A DNA stretch of 64,000 nucleotides, taken from positions 204,476,001 to 204,540,000 of the forward strand of contig OZ024740.1 in assembly GCA_964016885.1 (NCBI GenBank). The letters are read 5' to 3'. Shown one piece after another: positions 17,738 through 29,351 of this stretch. Made by a program: the position numbers and the translations under genes. The notes under the pieces were generated by a model, which was not told the DNA's origin, did not search any database, and was given only the letters and a program-made list of their open reading frames with translations. This DNA is from Eledone cirrhosa (taxonomy: Eukaryota). How positions within the stretch are numbered: the stretch's first letter is position 1; each line of letters starts with the position of its first letter.

Positions 17738-18030
17738 TTTGGCCCCCTCAGCCGTCGGGCTAGGGGGCCAAACTCCTCAAATACCAGTTGCTCTCCGACA
17801 GGTTTGCGATCGTACCCCCTGGCAGTGGAGACTTCTGGTGTCCTCGGCCCCAGGGCTACCTCCTTACTCACCACCATAGGCGCTGAGCTGGCCAGCCGCA
17901 GGTGTGAGGCCCGCGAGTTGGAGTGGCTGTTCCAGCGCGTCTCCCTCGCCGTCCTCCGGGGAAACGCCTTCTCCATTCTGTCCACCGGGGCTGTGGGTGG
18001 GCCCCATCGCGTACCGTTGTAGAAGAAACA
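17738..18030 (+). mobile_element. 3' fragment of CRE-type (restriction-like endonuclease) non-LTR retrotransposon
   Basis: PLAVETSGVLGP..LFQRVSLAVLRGNAFSIL matches the typical CRE C-terminus. GC-rich island. Confidence 0.75.
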
Positions 18031-18086
18031 GGAAGACAACTGGAAAGTTTGATTTTCTAGAACTCGATGTTTGCTTAGTATTTCGA

Positions 18087-18195
18087 TATTAAGTTTATCT
18101 ACATAAGTACTATATTAAGTTTATCTACATCAGTACTATATTAAGTTTATCTACATAAGTACTATATTAAGTTTATCTACATAAGTACTATATTA
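18087..18195. repeat. 26-bp tandem repeat x4
   Basis: TATTAAGTTTATCTACATAAGTACTA repeated. Confidence 0.9.
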
Positions 18196-18233
18196 GCTTC
18201 TGCTAATTGTATGGCTGCAAACAACTGTAATAA

Positions 18234-19121
18234 TTAACTTAATATTTATTAACCGTTGTCAAAATATTCATCGCATTGTCTACGGTCTGGCTACTGACAG
18301 ACAGCACGATGAAAATTTTGCACCAGAAAATATATGAATATAAAGAGAAGTTAACATTTTTTATATGCGTTTTTTTTTTTTGTTTTTGTTTTTCAGATTT
18401 CTTCAATAACAAGACTTCGGATTGAAAGTGATTCTTAGATGTTCTTCGAATAATGGTGTAAAATAGATATTCCAGACTTAGAAAACGTATAACCACTTCA
18501 TACGGCAAAGAAATAACAGCCCTTTAAGTTGAAATACATAAACATACATACTTTTAATTCATTAAACAAATATCGATTTGAACTCTTTTACTCTTTCAAA
18601 GCTACAATATGGTTATTTTACAAATAAACGGAAAGCTGTTCCTAGTTAGACATTCAAACTTTTAGATTGTATATACATTTTTTTTAATTAATCAACATTG
18701 AAATATTGTGATATTTTAACTATTTCATTGCCATATTTCTATTGAGAGACACTGCCTGTAAAGTTTTAAAATGTTTGAAAATAGTAAAGAATCTGTAGGG
18801 GTTTAATAATATGAATTTTTCGTTATTAAGCAGGTGTTTGGAACAAAGTTCCTTATATAGAATTATGAAGGAAGGCTTTTAGATGATTTTAAACACTTCA
18901 AACAAACTTTTGTATCGTAAAAACAAGGGCGATTTAGCTTAAAATTGTAAAATAAAATTTTGATAACTAACTATTTTAGTTATCACTAACTGAATGCAAA
19001 GAAAACAGAATTAAAAGGTTTTACCTGAAGAAAGAAAGCCTAGACTATCGTGGTGTTCTTCAAATATACACAATACCAGAAAACGCCTCCTTCTCTGACG
19101 TAATCACACTGTGTTTTATTT
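18234..19121 (+). repeat. About 885-bp direct duplication, copy 1
   Basis: Near-identical to 20578-21461. Confidence 0.95.
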
Positions 19122-19489
19122 TTGGAAAGCCAGTGCAGTGCAAGTTAGAGAAAAAGAAGTGAAAACAGAAAGTAAAATGAAACACTTTCACTTCATATTT
19201 CATGATATTTTGTGCTTAATACCGCCATTTTTACTTTTCTCTTGTTTTCACTCCAACTTGGCCTGTAATGACCTTTTTAAACAATTTTAACCATATGTGT
19301 GTGTCATTGTGTGTGTGTGTGTGTGTGTTGCTAAGCTTACAATGATAAAAGTGGGTAAAGAGCCCTCAACACCTTAAGGAATCGTAGGGGCGTCGTCATG
19401 ACACTCTGCGGGTCCTGGGCATTTTAATCTTGGTGCGCCCCATCCCTCTACAGATTAGAACACAACTGGTTTCTTTTAAAGAGAAAAAA

Positions 19490-19640
19490 GAAAACCAAGT
19501 CCAGTACTGGACATGTCCTTTATCGCCCACGAAACGACAAAAGTCAAAGTTGACCTCGGCAGAATTTGAACTCGGAGTGCAGCGAGACAAAAAATACTTT
19601 TAATCCGACGCCCTAACGACTGCCAGTTCGCTGCCTTAGA
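19490..19640 (-). mobile_element. Decayed tRNA-derived SINE
   Basis: Minus strand AAGGCAGCGAACTGGCAG..GAGTTCAAATTC.GCCGAGGTCAACTTTG (A/B-box-like plus conserved core). Confidence 0.65.
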
Positions 19641-20577
19641 CTTCCAATAATGGTGATAATTAAACCCATTGATGGTGATAACTAAACCTAATGATGGTGA
19701 TAAACCATACTGATGCCCAATTGGTACTATACATTGATTGTGTTACGCTAGAACAATATACTGAAGAAGGTGGTCGCACGAAAGTACAACTTTTCTGTTT
19801 TTTTCGTTTGATTACTAAAAGCTATTCTGCATGAAATCGATAATGCAGACGTGCCAACCTCTAAAAACCCAAACGGGAAGTACCACGAAAAAAAAATACC
19901 CCAAAACGGGGAGAAACGAGGCAAAAATGGGGAGATTTTACATAATTGTTTCTACTTTAGGCACAAGGCCAGCAATTACCCAGTGCATTACTGGTACTTT
20001 ATTTTATCGACCCCGTAAGGATGAAAGGTGGGGGAGATTTTACATAATGAAAGCTATACCCATTTTCACAACGGAAGACATCCGTTACTCACCCCAAAGT
20101 GGGTGGGAGACAGGTCTGAAAATGTTTACTCACAAAAGTCCCAAAAATTCCAACCCACACATTTGAAATCCATATTACACATTCTAGATTACCCATTCAT
20201 TTCAGGTTGCATTTTATTTCGTCCCAACTTTAAATGTCCACTCGAGCTACTATGTAGTTAAACTCATGTGATAGAGCTTTCTAGCTCCAACCAAATTTTG
20301 GTATACCAAGGAGGGGTTCATTAGAAATATTTCTACAGTTAAACCCCTCATATTTTCCGCTTTTGCTATTTCATATCGTATTTTTCTCAATATTTCCCCC
20401 CTCCTATAGTTAAGATTTAAGTAAATATTAAATCTCTGGAAAGATGTATTTAACAAAAATGTATTTTCTTAGCGGAGTTGTACTTGTCTGGCAAGTAACT
20501 TGATCTGGGACAGCGTGTTGAAGCTAAAACAATTACTACGTGGAAGTGTCATTTTAGCAATATAAAAACACAAACAC

Positions 20578-21461
20578 TTAACTTAATATTTATTAACCGT
20601 TGTCAAAATATTCATCGCATTGTCTACGGTCTGGCTACTGACAGACAGCACGATGAAAATTTTGCACCAGAAAATATATGAATATAAAGAGAAGTTAACT
20701 TTTTATATGCGGTTTTTTTTTTGTTTTGTTTTTTTCAGATTTCTTCAATAACAAGACTTCGGATTGAAAGTGATTCTTAGATGTTCTTCGAATAATGGTG
20801 TAAAATAGATATTCCAGACTTAGAAAACGTATAACCACTTCATACGGCAAAGAAATAACAGCCCTTTAAGTTGAAATACATAAACATACATACTTTTAAT
20901 TCATTAAACAAATATCGATTTGAACTCTTTTACTCTTTCAAAGCTACAATATGGTTATTTTACAAATAAACGGAAAGCTGTTCCTAGTTAGACATTCAAA
21001 CTTTTAGATTGTATATACATTTTTTTTAATTAATCAACATTGAAATATTGTGATATTTTAACTATTTCATTGCCATATTTCTATTGAGAGACACTGCCTG
21101 TAAAGTTTTTAAATGTTTGAAAATAGTAAAGAATCTGTAGGGGTTTAATAAGAATTTTTCGTTATTAAGCAGGTGTTTGGAACAAAGTTCCTTATATAGA
21201 ATTATGAAGGAAGGCTTTTAGATGATTTTAAACACTTCAAACAAACTTTTGTATCGTAAAAACAAGAGCGATTTAGTTTAAAATTGTAAAATAAAATGTT
21301 GATAACTAACTATTTTAGTTATCACTAACTGAATGCAAAGAAAACAGAATTAAAAGGTTTTACCTGAAGAAAGAAAGCCTAGACTATCGTGGTGTTCTTC
21401 AAATATACACAATACCAGAAAACGCCTCCTTCTCTGACGTAGTCACACTGTGTTTTATTTT
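20578..21461 (+). repeat. About 885-bp direct duplication, copy 2
   Basis: Near-identical to 18234-19121. Confidence 0.95.
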
Positions 21462-21899
21462 AGCAGTTGCTATTTAGGATAAATATCAACAGCCTCCCTT
21501 ATAAATCCATATCCGTAAGCAGTCAACACTTATCTAGTGTCCTATATTCCAGAGGTCGTTTGTTTTTTGTTGTTGTTTTTTATATAGTTACAATGAGTTG
21601 ATGTAAAAACACATGACTCTGCGTTCAAATCATAGCTTACCATTTCATATTTTAAAATGATTCACTGCAATCCATACTGAGACTAATTATTTTTTACGTT
21701 TTCACACATGAAAGGGTTATTAATGAGTAATAATTATGCTTTATTATATCGTTACTGATTTCAGTCGTTAGACTGCGGGTTATGCTAGGACACTGCTTCA
21801 GAGGGTTTTGGTCGATTATATCGACCTCTTTACTTTTTTGTTTCAAATCTGGTACTTACTTTATCTATCACGTTTTTGTGGAAGTGAAATTAACACAGG

Positions 21900-22180
21900 C
21901 ACAAACGTAACCACGCATATGGTATGGTCCCGTAACTCCTGATAGGGTCGAAGGGGCACCGTATTGACATACGGCGTTTCTTGGGCATTTGAAGCCTGAC
22001 GGCCCGACCACAGCAGATTTATTCCAGAGAGAGGAAGAATCGATCCCAGTACTAGAGTGGTACTTTTTTTATCGAAAAGGATGAAAGGTAAAGTTGACCG
22101 CGGCGTTAATTGAACTCTGAGAGCCGGGACGAATACCATAAAGCATTCTATCCAACGATCGAACGACTCTGCCAATTCAC
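21900..22180 (-). mobile_element. tRNA-derived SINE
   Basis: Core GGTCAACTTTACCTTTCATCC..CGATAAAAAAAGTACCA. Reverse complement resembles 27310-27560. Confidence 0.7.
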
Positions 22181-22461
22181 ACATATACACACACACACAC
22201 ACACATATGTGCTAAACGCTATCTTAGTGTTACTGCAAATTCATTATAACCAACCAAGTTCGCACTATATCCAAAGGAATATTTCCAGCCGATGTTTTCT
22301 ATTTGCTATGTTTATGTCAGCAAATGTTCAACAAGCAAAATCTACATAGGCTCTAGTCTGTTTTCATCTCAGTACCGTCATTGAGGAAAGATTAACGAAT
22401 CTTCAAACAGCTGTCTGGCATTCTCAACGGCTACGGAAATGTATGTGAGATGTTCACAGAG

Positions 22462-22520
<59 letters not shown>

Positions 22521-22578
22521 AAGAAAAAGCAAAGTAGTTTCAAATGTTAAAGTCCTTTAATAATATATATATATATAT

Positions 22579-23279
22579 ACTAGCAGTGGTACCCGGCGTT
22601 GCACGGGATAAGGTATTTTGGAACGCAGGCTGCCAACAGACCTAATCGTGGAAAAACTGCATGCGTGGACAATATGTAAAGAAAATAAACCGAATACTCT
22701 GATGGCTGGATAATCTTTAAGATTTTCCTCGATGAAGCAGGAAAAATACAGGTGTTCACCTAATGCGGGCCCTAGGGGATCAAGAAAATTAATTTTTTTT
22801 TATGTGCATAATATACCTTGAAATTTCGGGAAAATCGGCTAGACGTAACGCCTCAAAAAAGCCCTAAAAAGCTGAATGCAGGCCCTAGACCATTAAAAAG
22901 TTGGATTTTCTTTGCTCATGGTATAAAGAAGAGACTGACTAATACGTAGTTACAATTTCGAGGAAATCAGTCTGACGTAACGACTCAAAAGACCCTAAAA
23001 ACCTGAAAAAAACGCAGCTTTTCAACTAATAGGGGATCAAAAAGTTGAATTTTTTTATGTGCATAACACTCCCTGAAACATAAGTAATACACATGTAAAG
23101 TTTGGAAAAAGTAGGTTCGGTACTTCTCGAGTTTTAGGGATTCAAACTCACAGACACATACACACACACAGACAGACATACTCAGGGCAGTGACGTAATG
23201 CAGACAGATATTATAAGGGTGCGACGTTATATGTATGTATCTATCTAAAAGGAGAAAGACTAAGAATTATAGAGAGAGA
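22579..23279 (-). mobile_element. Non-autonomous Helitron-like element
   Basis: Minus-strand 3' end CCCGtgcaacgcCGGG..CTAG into (TA)n. Has a GTCT/GT microsatellite near the 5' end and internal subrepeats. Confidence 0.65.
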
Positions 23280-23938
23280 TCGCCTAATGCGGTCCCTAAG
23301 GCATTGAAAATTTGAAATTTTTTTTGCTCAGAACACGCGCAGATGGTGCACACAGTATTCTTTTTCTTTTTGAAATATGTAGTGATGCCAGCCGTTCAAG
23401 ATCACAGCCCCTCTCCCACCACAGTAGTAATTCTGATATATGGAGAAATATTGATTGACAGGTAGAGAACGAGAAGAACCAAACAGTGGGCAACCATGAG
23501 TGGCTAGAAATACCAGTGACGTGTACAATTCTTGACCACTCATGGAATGACAACAGGATCTAAATCAACAAACGAAGAAATTCGATGTTAAAGGACAATA
23601 GGAAAATCTGCTTGGTTGAATCGAGATGTATCCGAGGACCGCGCGATTTCAGAGTCAGGTTTGATCACCACATCGATCGTGCCTCGAGCTGGTTGCCCAA
23701 GAAACAATTGTAATATGTCCAATAAATTCCTTTCGTCGCAACACTGATTCTCTTTTTTTCTGTGATATAATACTCTGCTCTACGAGGGCATCGAGTGCTC
23801 ATACGGCCTACCGCATACGGACGCTTTAAGCATCCAACATCAATTATATATATATATATATAACCACCACCCCACTCTCAAGAGCGTGAAATTAATAAAC
23901 ATTTGTTTGTACTGTTTTGTTCCCATTCAATTTTTCCT

Positions 23939-23969
<31 letters not shown>

Positions 23970-24448
23970 GAATCATCTCGAAAAGAGGATGCTATTTTTT
24001 CCTTATGAATGCTATAAACTGCCGTTATACACACACACACACGCACACACACATATATATATATATATATATACATATATATATAAATACAATATCGGAG
24101 AAAGCTATTTAGCGATACTCCGGCCAAATTCCAACTCACTCAACAAACATTAGGAAATAAGTGATTATATTCCCAATTATGCGTTCGGGGTGCTAACTAA
24201 AAGTATTACGTGGAAAATTGGCTGTATTATTTCATATGAGACATATCTAATATATCTCTTCCCAGACGGGGAATATATATATATATACCACAATGTTCAA
24301 TTTGTCAAGCTATTTAAACGTATGTTATTACTCTCAGGACCTACCCTTATTGAGTGCTTTGATAACTCATTCATATTGTAGGTCGACTTTGCTTGCCCAC
24401 AGCCAAAGCTTCGATTTTACTAAGCTTCCACTTATATATATATATCTA

Positions 24449-25073
24449 TCATCATCATCATCATCATCACCATCATCATTATCATCATCATCATCATTGT
24501 TCTTCCACGCTAGCATCGGTTAGACGGTTTTGTTCCATTTGATGCGGAATTGGTCGGGAGACCGTGTCTCGCTCGTACGGAAGTGTCTCTGGCAGGTTTT
24601 CTATGGCTGGATGCCCTTCCTAACACCAACCACTTTTACAGTGTGGACTGGGAGCCTTTTTACCGTGTTTCCTACACGACCACTTTACAGTGTCTACTGA
24701 GTGCTTTATGTGGTGTCACCGACACAGTGGACAGAAATAGAAGGGTGGGGTAGGGTGTGTGGGGTAGGGTGCATATTGGGTTAAGACGTGCCTGCTGACT
24801 GTCGGTTTGTTTGCAAGGGAAGGCGCGTCTTCTGTACAACTGCATGACACCAAAGATCTCGATCCAGTGACATTGTCTTAGAGAGTTGTAAGTGAGCAAG
24901 GTCAGTTTTTATCACCTCGTCCCAGGTTTTTCTTGGTCTGCCCACTCCGTAGCGTCCATCAATTTTCATTGCTCTGCACTTTTTTATACAGTTGTCGTCC
25001 TTCATACGCAACATATGGCCACACCAACGCAATCTCCTCTCCAGAACACAACATTTGATACCTATTATGCTTA

Positions 25074-25107
<34 letters not shown>

Positions 25108-26865
25108 AATTCGTTTATGCTTCGCCGTTCGCGCATGTTACTATTACACATCCATCGGAGCATGCAAGCTTCATTTCTTTCTAATCTATGCAAGTCTTCA
25201 GCACACAACGCTCAGGTCTCACTACCATGTAATATCGCCGTTCGTATACATGCATCATACAATCTGCCTTTCAGTTTTAGAGAAAAACCCATTGTGGCCA
25301 ATAACGGTATTAGGTCTCTGAACTTTTTCCATCCCGTTCTAACTCTGGCTACTACACTTTCAGAGCACCCTCCTCCACTGCTGATTTTGTCACCCAGGTA
25401 ACGAAAGTGACTACTATTTCTATAGAACCATCTGGGCAGTTGAAGGAGATAGCATCCAGTGGGCGCTTGCTACTTACTGAACCTGAGCATCGGCCACATA
25501 TAAAATCTACATTCTTAGATAGCTTACCTGTGATCACACTACATCTTTTATGTACCCATAGTTTGCATTTGGGGCGTACAATAGAATTCCTACCTACTCC
25601 TTTCTTACACACTGAGCATGGCCATTTCCCAGGGGGAACCTGTGCCCTATACTCCTTTCTACATGCTAAAACTTTAGTCTTAGACAAGTTCTAAGGCCTT
25701 TTCATTCTAGGCCATGCTTCCATGTTTGGAACTTCTTCTCTAGTTCAGCCATGGATTCAGCTATGAAAGTTAGATCATCTACATATAGAGGTTCCCATGG
25801 GCAACCAGTCTTAAACCCTTCTGTTATAGCCTGTAGGACAATAATAAACATGAGGGGGCTGAGGACGGAGGCCCGGTGAACTCCTACTATTACGCTAAAC
25901 TCTTCACTATATTCATTGTTAATTCTAACCTTGCTGGCTGTTCCTCTATACGTGGGTTGTATAGCTCTCACAAGCCATTCATCTACTCCTAGCTTTCTAA
26001 GAGTCCACCAGATTAAGGTGCATGGGACTCTGTCAAAGGCTTTCACCAAGTCAACAAAAGTTAAGTAGAGGGGGTAGGTACTTTCCTGTAATTGACGTAC
26101 AAGGAAAAGAGCATCCGTGGTGATTTTACCTGGCACAAACCCAAACTGCATTTCATCTAGATCAATTCAGTCTCTAATCAGTTGATTAATAACTCTTTCT
26201 GTGACTTTCATGACCTGGTCAACTGACTTAAAGCCTCTATAGTTTCCTCTATCCATGGCGTCTCCTTTGCCCTTGTAACAGTTGACGATAATGCTGCTAC
26301 GCCAGTCATTTGGTATGACCCCATTCTATATTACTTAGTTTACTATCCGGGTGACCATAGTGTGTATCGCCATTCCAGATGCCTTCAACATTTCAGCAAC
26401 TATCCCCGAAGGTCCAGCTGCCTTGCCTGTCTTCATATCTCTGATTGCCTTACTTACTATACTACTGATAACTTGCACAGCTGGTCCTTCTGTTGGATCT
26501 CGTAGTGACACTTCCAAGTCTCTCGTAGTGACATTTCCAAGCTACCTTCTTATCAGTATCACTGACGGCAAGTATTCCCCCGTCATTACGGACACACGTC
26601 TCCCCGACAATATCACAATTCTCCTTGACACATTGCCTCGCAATCCTGAACACCTCACGTCTTTGGTCCTCGCATAGAATATGCTTAAACTTACTATCCT
26701 CTGCTTCCCTCTTTGCAAAGTATACTTGTTGTCTAGCTTCTCTCCTAGCTACCCGATAGAGTTCTCTACTACCCCCATCCTGCCATTCTTTCCAAGCCTG
26801 CTTTTTGCCCTTGATGGGCTCCTCCACCTTACTGTTCCACCACCATGTCACCCTCCTCCTTCCTA
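24449..26865 (-). mobile_element. Decayed RTE LINE (related subfamily)
   Basis: MQFGFVPGK.TTDALF, DLVKAFDRVP, LYVDD, PHD-like Cys cluster, GRPRKTW and (GAT)n tail at 24449-24495. Many frameshifts. Confidence 0.93.
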
Positions 26866-27309
26866 CACACACACACACACACACTCCTTGTTTCCCTCAC
26901 TCTCGTTTTCTCATATTCTTCCTTCCCCTTTTTTCACCCCATCCCTCTATCTTTGAACCCTTAAAATCGGTTGGTAGTAAGAACATTTTGAAGCTCCGCT
27001 ACCCAACCATATTGCTTTGACAAAAGTTTAAAATTTTACCTTTTACCAGCGTTAACTTATTTCACATTTTACAATGCTACGTCTGTTACCTATTTATTTC
27101 CAGTCGCAATGTCGTAATATTTTTGTCGAAAGATACCCATAAATTTCCTGTCCATTCTTTGTTGCGTTATCGTCCCATATGCATCTTACCAACAGAGCGG
27201 CAAATTGACATTGCAAGTGCAATACCACTTTAATTGCATGCCAGAAGGTGGATGAGGAGGTAGAGATGTTCATCTTATATAACTTTTTCTGTCTGCATTT
27301 TCGGTTGAT

Positions 27310-27560
27310 ATTAAATATATAGAATGCTTTATGATATTCGTTTCGGCTCTCTGCTCTCTGATTTCAAATTCCGCCGAGGTCAATTTTACCTTCCATCCCT
27401 TCGAGGTCGATAAAAAAAAAGTACCAGTCTAGTACTGGGGTCGATTCTTCCTCTCTCTGGAAGAAATTTGCTGTACTCAGGCCTGGAGAGGGTGCACAAG
27501 AAACGCCGTATTACAATACAGCCCTCATAGGACTCTATCAGGAGTTAGAGGACCATACAT
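27310..27560 (+). mobile_element. tRNA-derived SINE
   Basis: TTCAAATTCCGCCGAGGTCAATTTTACCTTCCATCCCTTCGAGGTCGATAAA..GTACCAG core. Confidence 0.7.
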
Positions 27561-27564
27561 ACAT

Positions 27565-27624
<60 letters not shown>

Positions 27625-27625
<1 letters not shown>

Positions 27626-28079
27626 TATAAGGAAAAGAAATCGAAAATGCAACTGGAGTCTTTTTAAGAATATTTATTTGTTTCCTTTACCGATTTCACA
27701 CTTCTTATGTTTTTCAAAAGTAGAGTTGAGATGCAGGTTTGTGGTTTTTCTCGCATCTGGTTGGTCTTCGATTGTTACTTCTGTTTTATGTGGGAAAAAA
27801 GTGGCTCGAATTCCAGGGTTTTTTAGACAAGTAATTTGGTTGGTTGATGGCTGTCACGTGAATAAGTATAATAAATTTCGCGCCAGTTCGCGTTACAAAG
27901 TTCTTATTGTATTTGCCTTTAAAAATGTGGCTCAAATTGTTTTTTTATAAGTGTAATTTGGCTGGTTGATGACTGTCACGTGAATAAGTACATCAAATTT
28001 CGCGCCAGTTCGTGTTTGGGGATTCTTTATTGCCATTTTCACAGTCACATGATTTGTCATAGAGAGTTTTGTGCCAAAC
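27625..28079 (-). repeat. About 455-bp inverted repeat, left arm (partner 31471-31925); probable inverted PLE terminal copy
   Basis: Reverse complement of 31471-31925. Abuts the start of the PLE coding fragment. Confidence 0.85.
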
Positions 28080-29230
28080 ATTATTCACAAGAGCATCCCA
28101 CTATTGAAACAAGACCCAAAAATGAAAAAAGCACTTGAAACACACAAAATAATCAAAAACAAAAGACAACCTAAATCACCAAAAACATTACTCACCAATG
28201 CCAAATTACCCACCACAAACCCAATACCAACTGTCAAAAAATGTGGAGGCTCTAATTGCAGAACTTGTACTCACCTCATTGAAGGCACCATGTAGACATT
28301 TCAATCAGGACAAAATTTTGTTGTAAAAAATCTCTTCACTTGCTCATCAAAAAATTTAATTCATGCCATTATATGTAAAGGATGTTTAGCAGTATTAGTT
28401 ATTAAGTAGTCGTGGTCGCCACTTTAACAGGGTAGATGATTGAAGGTCGTTAGTTGCCAGTGTGGTAAGTGATGATAGTATCCTCGTTGGATTATCTTGT
28501 CGACATAGACGTGAGGGAAGGTCCCTCGATCTATTTACCATCTTTGTATTTACAACATTCCTTTCATCAGGTCGCCAATTCCAGCAGCATGGATTATAGA
28601 TGTTATTGAGACACGAGTGACATAATAATGATTTCAACAGCAGAAATTAGAGATGAAATATATGTTTATTTTTGATGTAGCACAAACAATGTTTGTTAAC
28701 TTATATGGTTGAAGTTACATCTAAAAAGAGGTTACAAAAGGGAATGTGCCATTGCGCCGAAAAGCCGGCGAGGCTAGGGTGCAATATCTCACCGTTACAT
28801 TATGCGTGTTGCTGGTTCGAAGTTTCTGGTACAAGAGAGAGATTCTTCAAATCTCCACGGGGAATTTCTTCCTCAGGGCGCGTAGGGATACATCCTCTTC
28901 TACTGGCGCTGATTGGCTGAACTGAGCCAAATCACGCATAGAGAATGTATGTGAGCCCGCGGAATGTAGGTCACTACAGATGTAATGAAGATTATATAGG
29001 ACAAACTAAACTCACGCTAAGAAACAGGATGACAATTCATCGCCAACAATTATGAGACCCTACCATAAAACAGATACCACTCTGCACATCTAGACATATG
29101 CGCAAGCGACAAGACACCCAAATTCCAAGTCTTCCCACTTTATCTTTGTACTGACAATACAACAGACCAAATACGAATAAATAAGGAAAATATGTTTATT
29201 CAAAAATATAGACCAGCATTAAATATAGTT
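28080..29230 (+). pseudogene. Penelope-like GIY-YIG C-terminal fragment, interrupted
   Basis: KCGGSNCRTCTHL, FTCSSKNLIHAIICKGC | NEDYIGQTKLTLRNRMTIHRQQ, KENMFIQKYRPALN. Confidence 0.85.
28385..28978 (-). mobile_element. Probable solo LTR
   Basis: Interrupts GIY-YIG between CKGC and NEDYIG. GATG is duplicated on both sides (28381-84, 28979-82). Ends TTTAG(TGTAG-like)..CTACA. AATAAA on minus strand near 28665. Confidence 0.55.
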
Positions 29231-29271
29231 TAATTTACATTAATATGTTAACACCATAACATGCTAACCAT

Positions 29272-29313
<42 letters not shown>

Positions 29314-29351
29314 TCTATATTCGAAAATAAAAGACCAGAGCTAAATATACT

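Noticed and set aside
19022-19075. CTGAAGA in the duplicated segment (also about 21364)
   Set aside because: No GAAA after a stem II and no stem I partner.
19750-19800. CTGAAGA-aggtggtcgcac-GAAA hammerhead-like string
   Set aside because: Stem I does not pair, so it is probably chance or part of a MITE end.
23280-23845. Moderately GC-rich segment with short ORFs
   Set aside because: No recognisable protein motif, and it could not be assigned.
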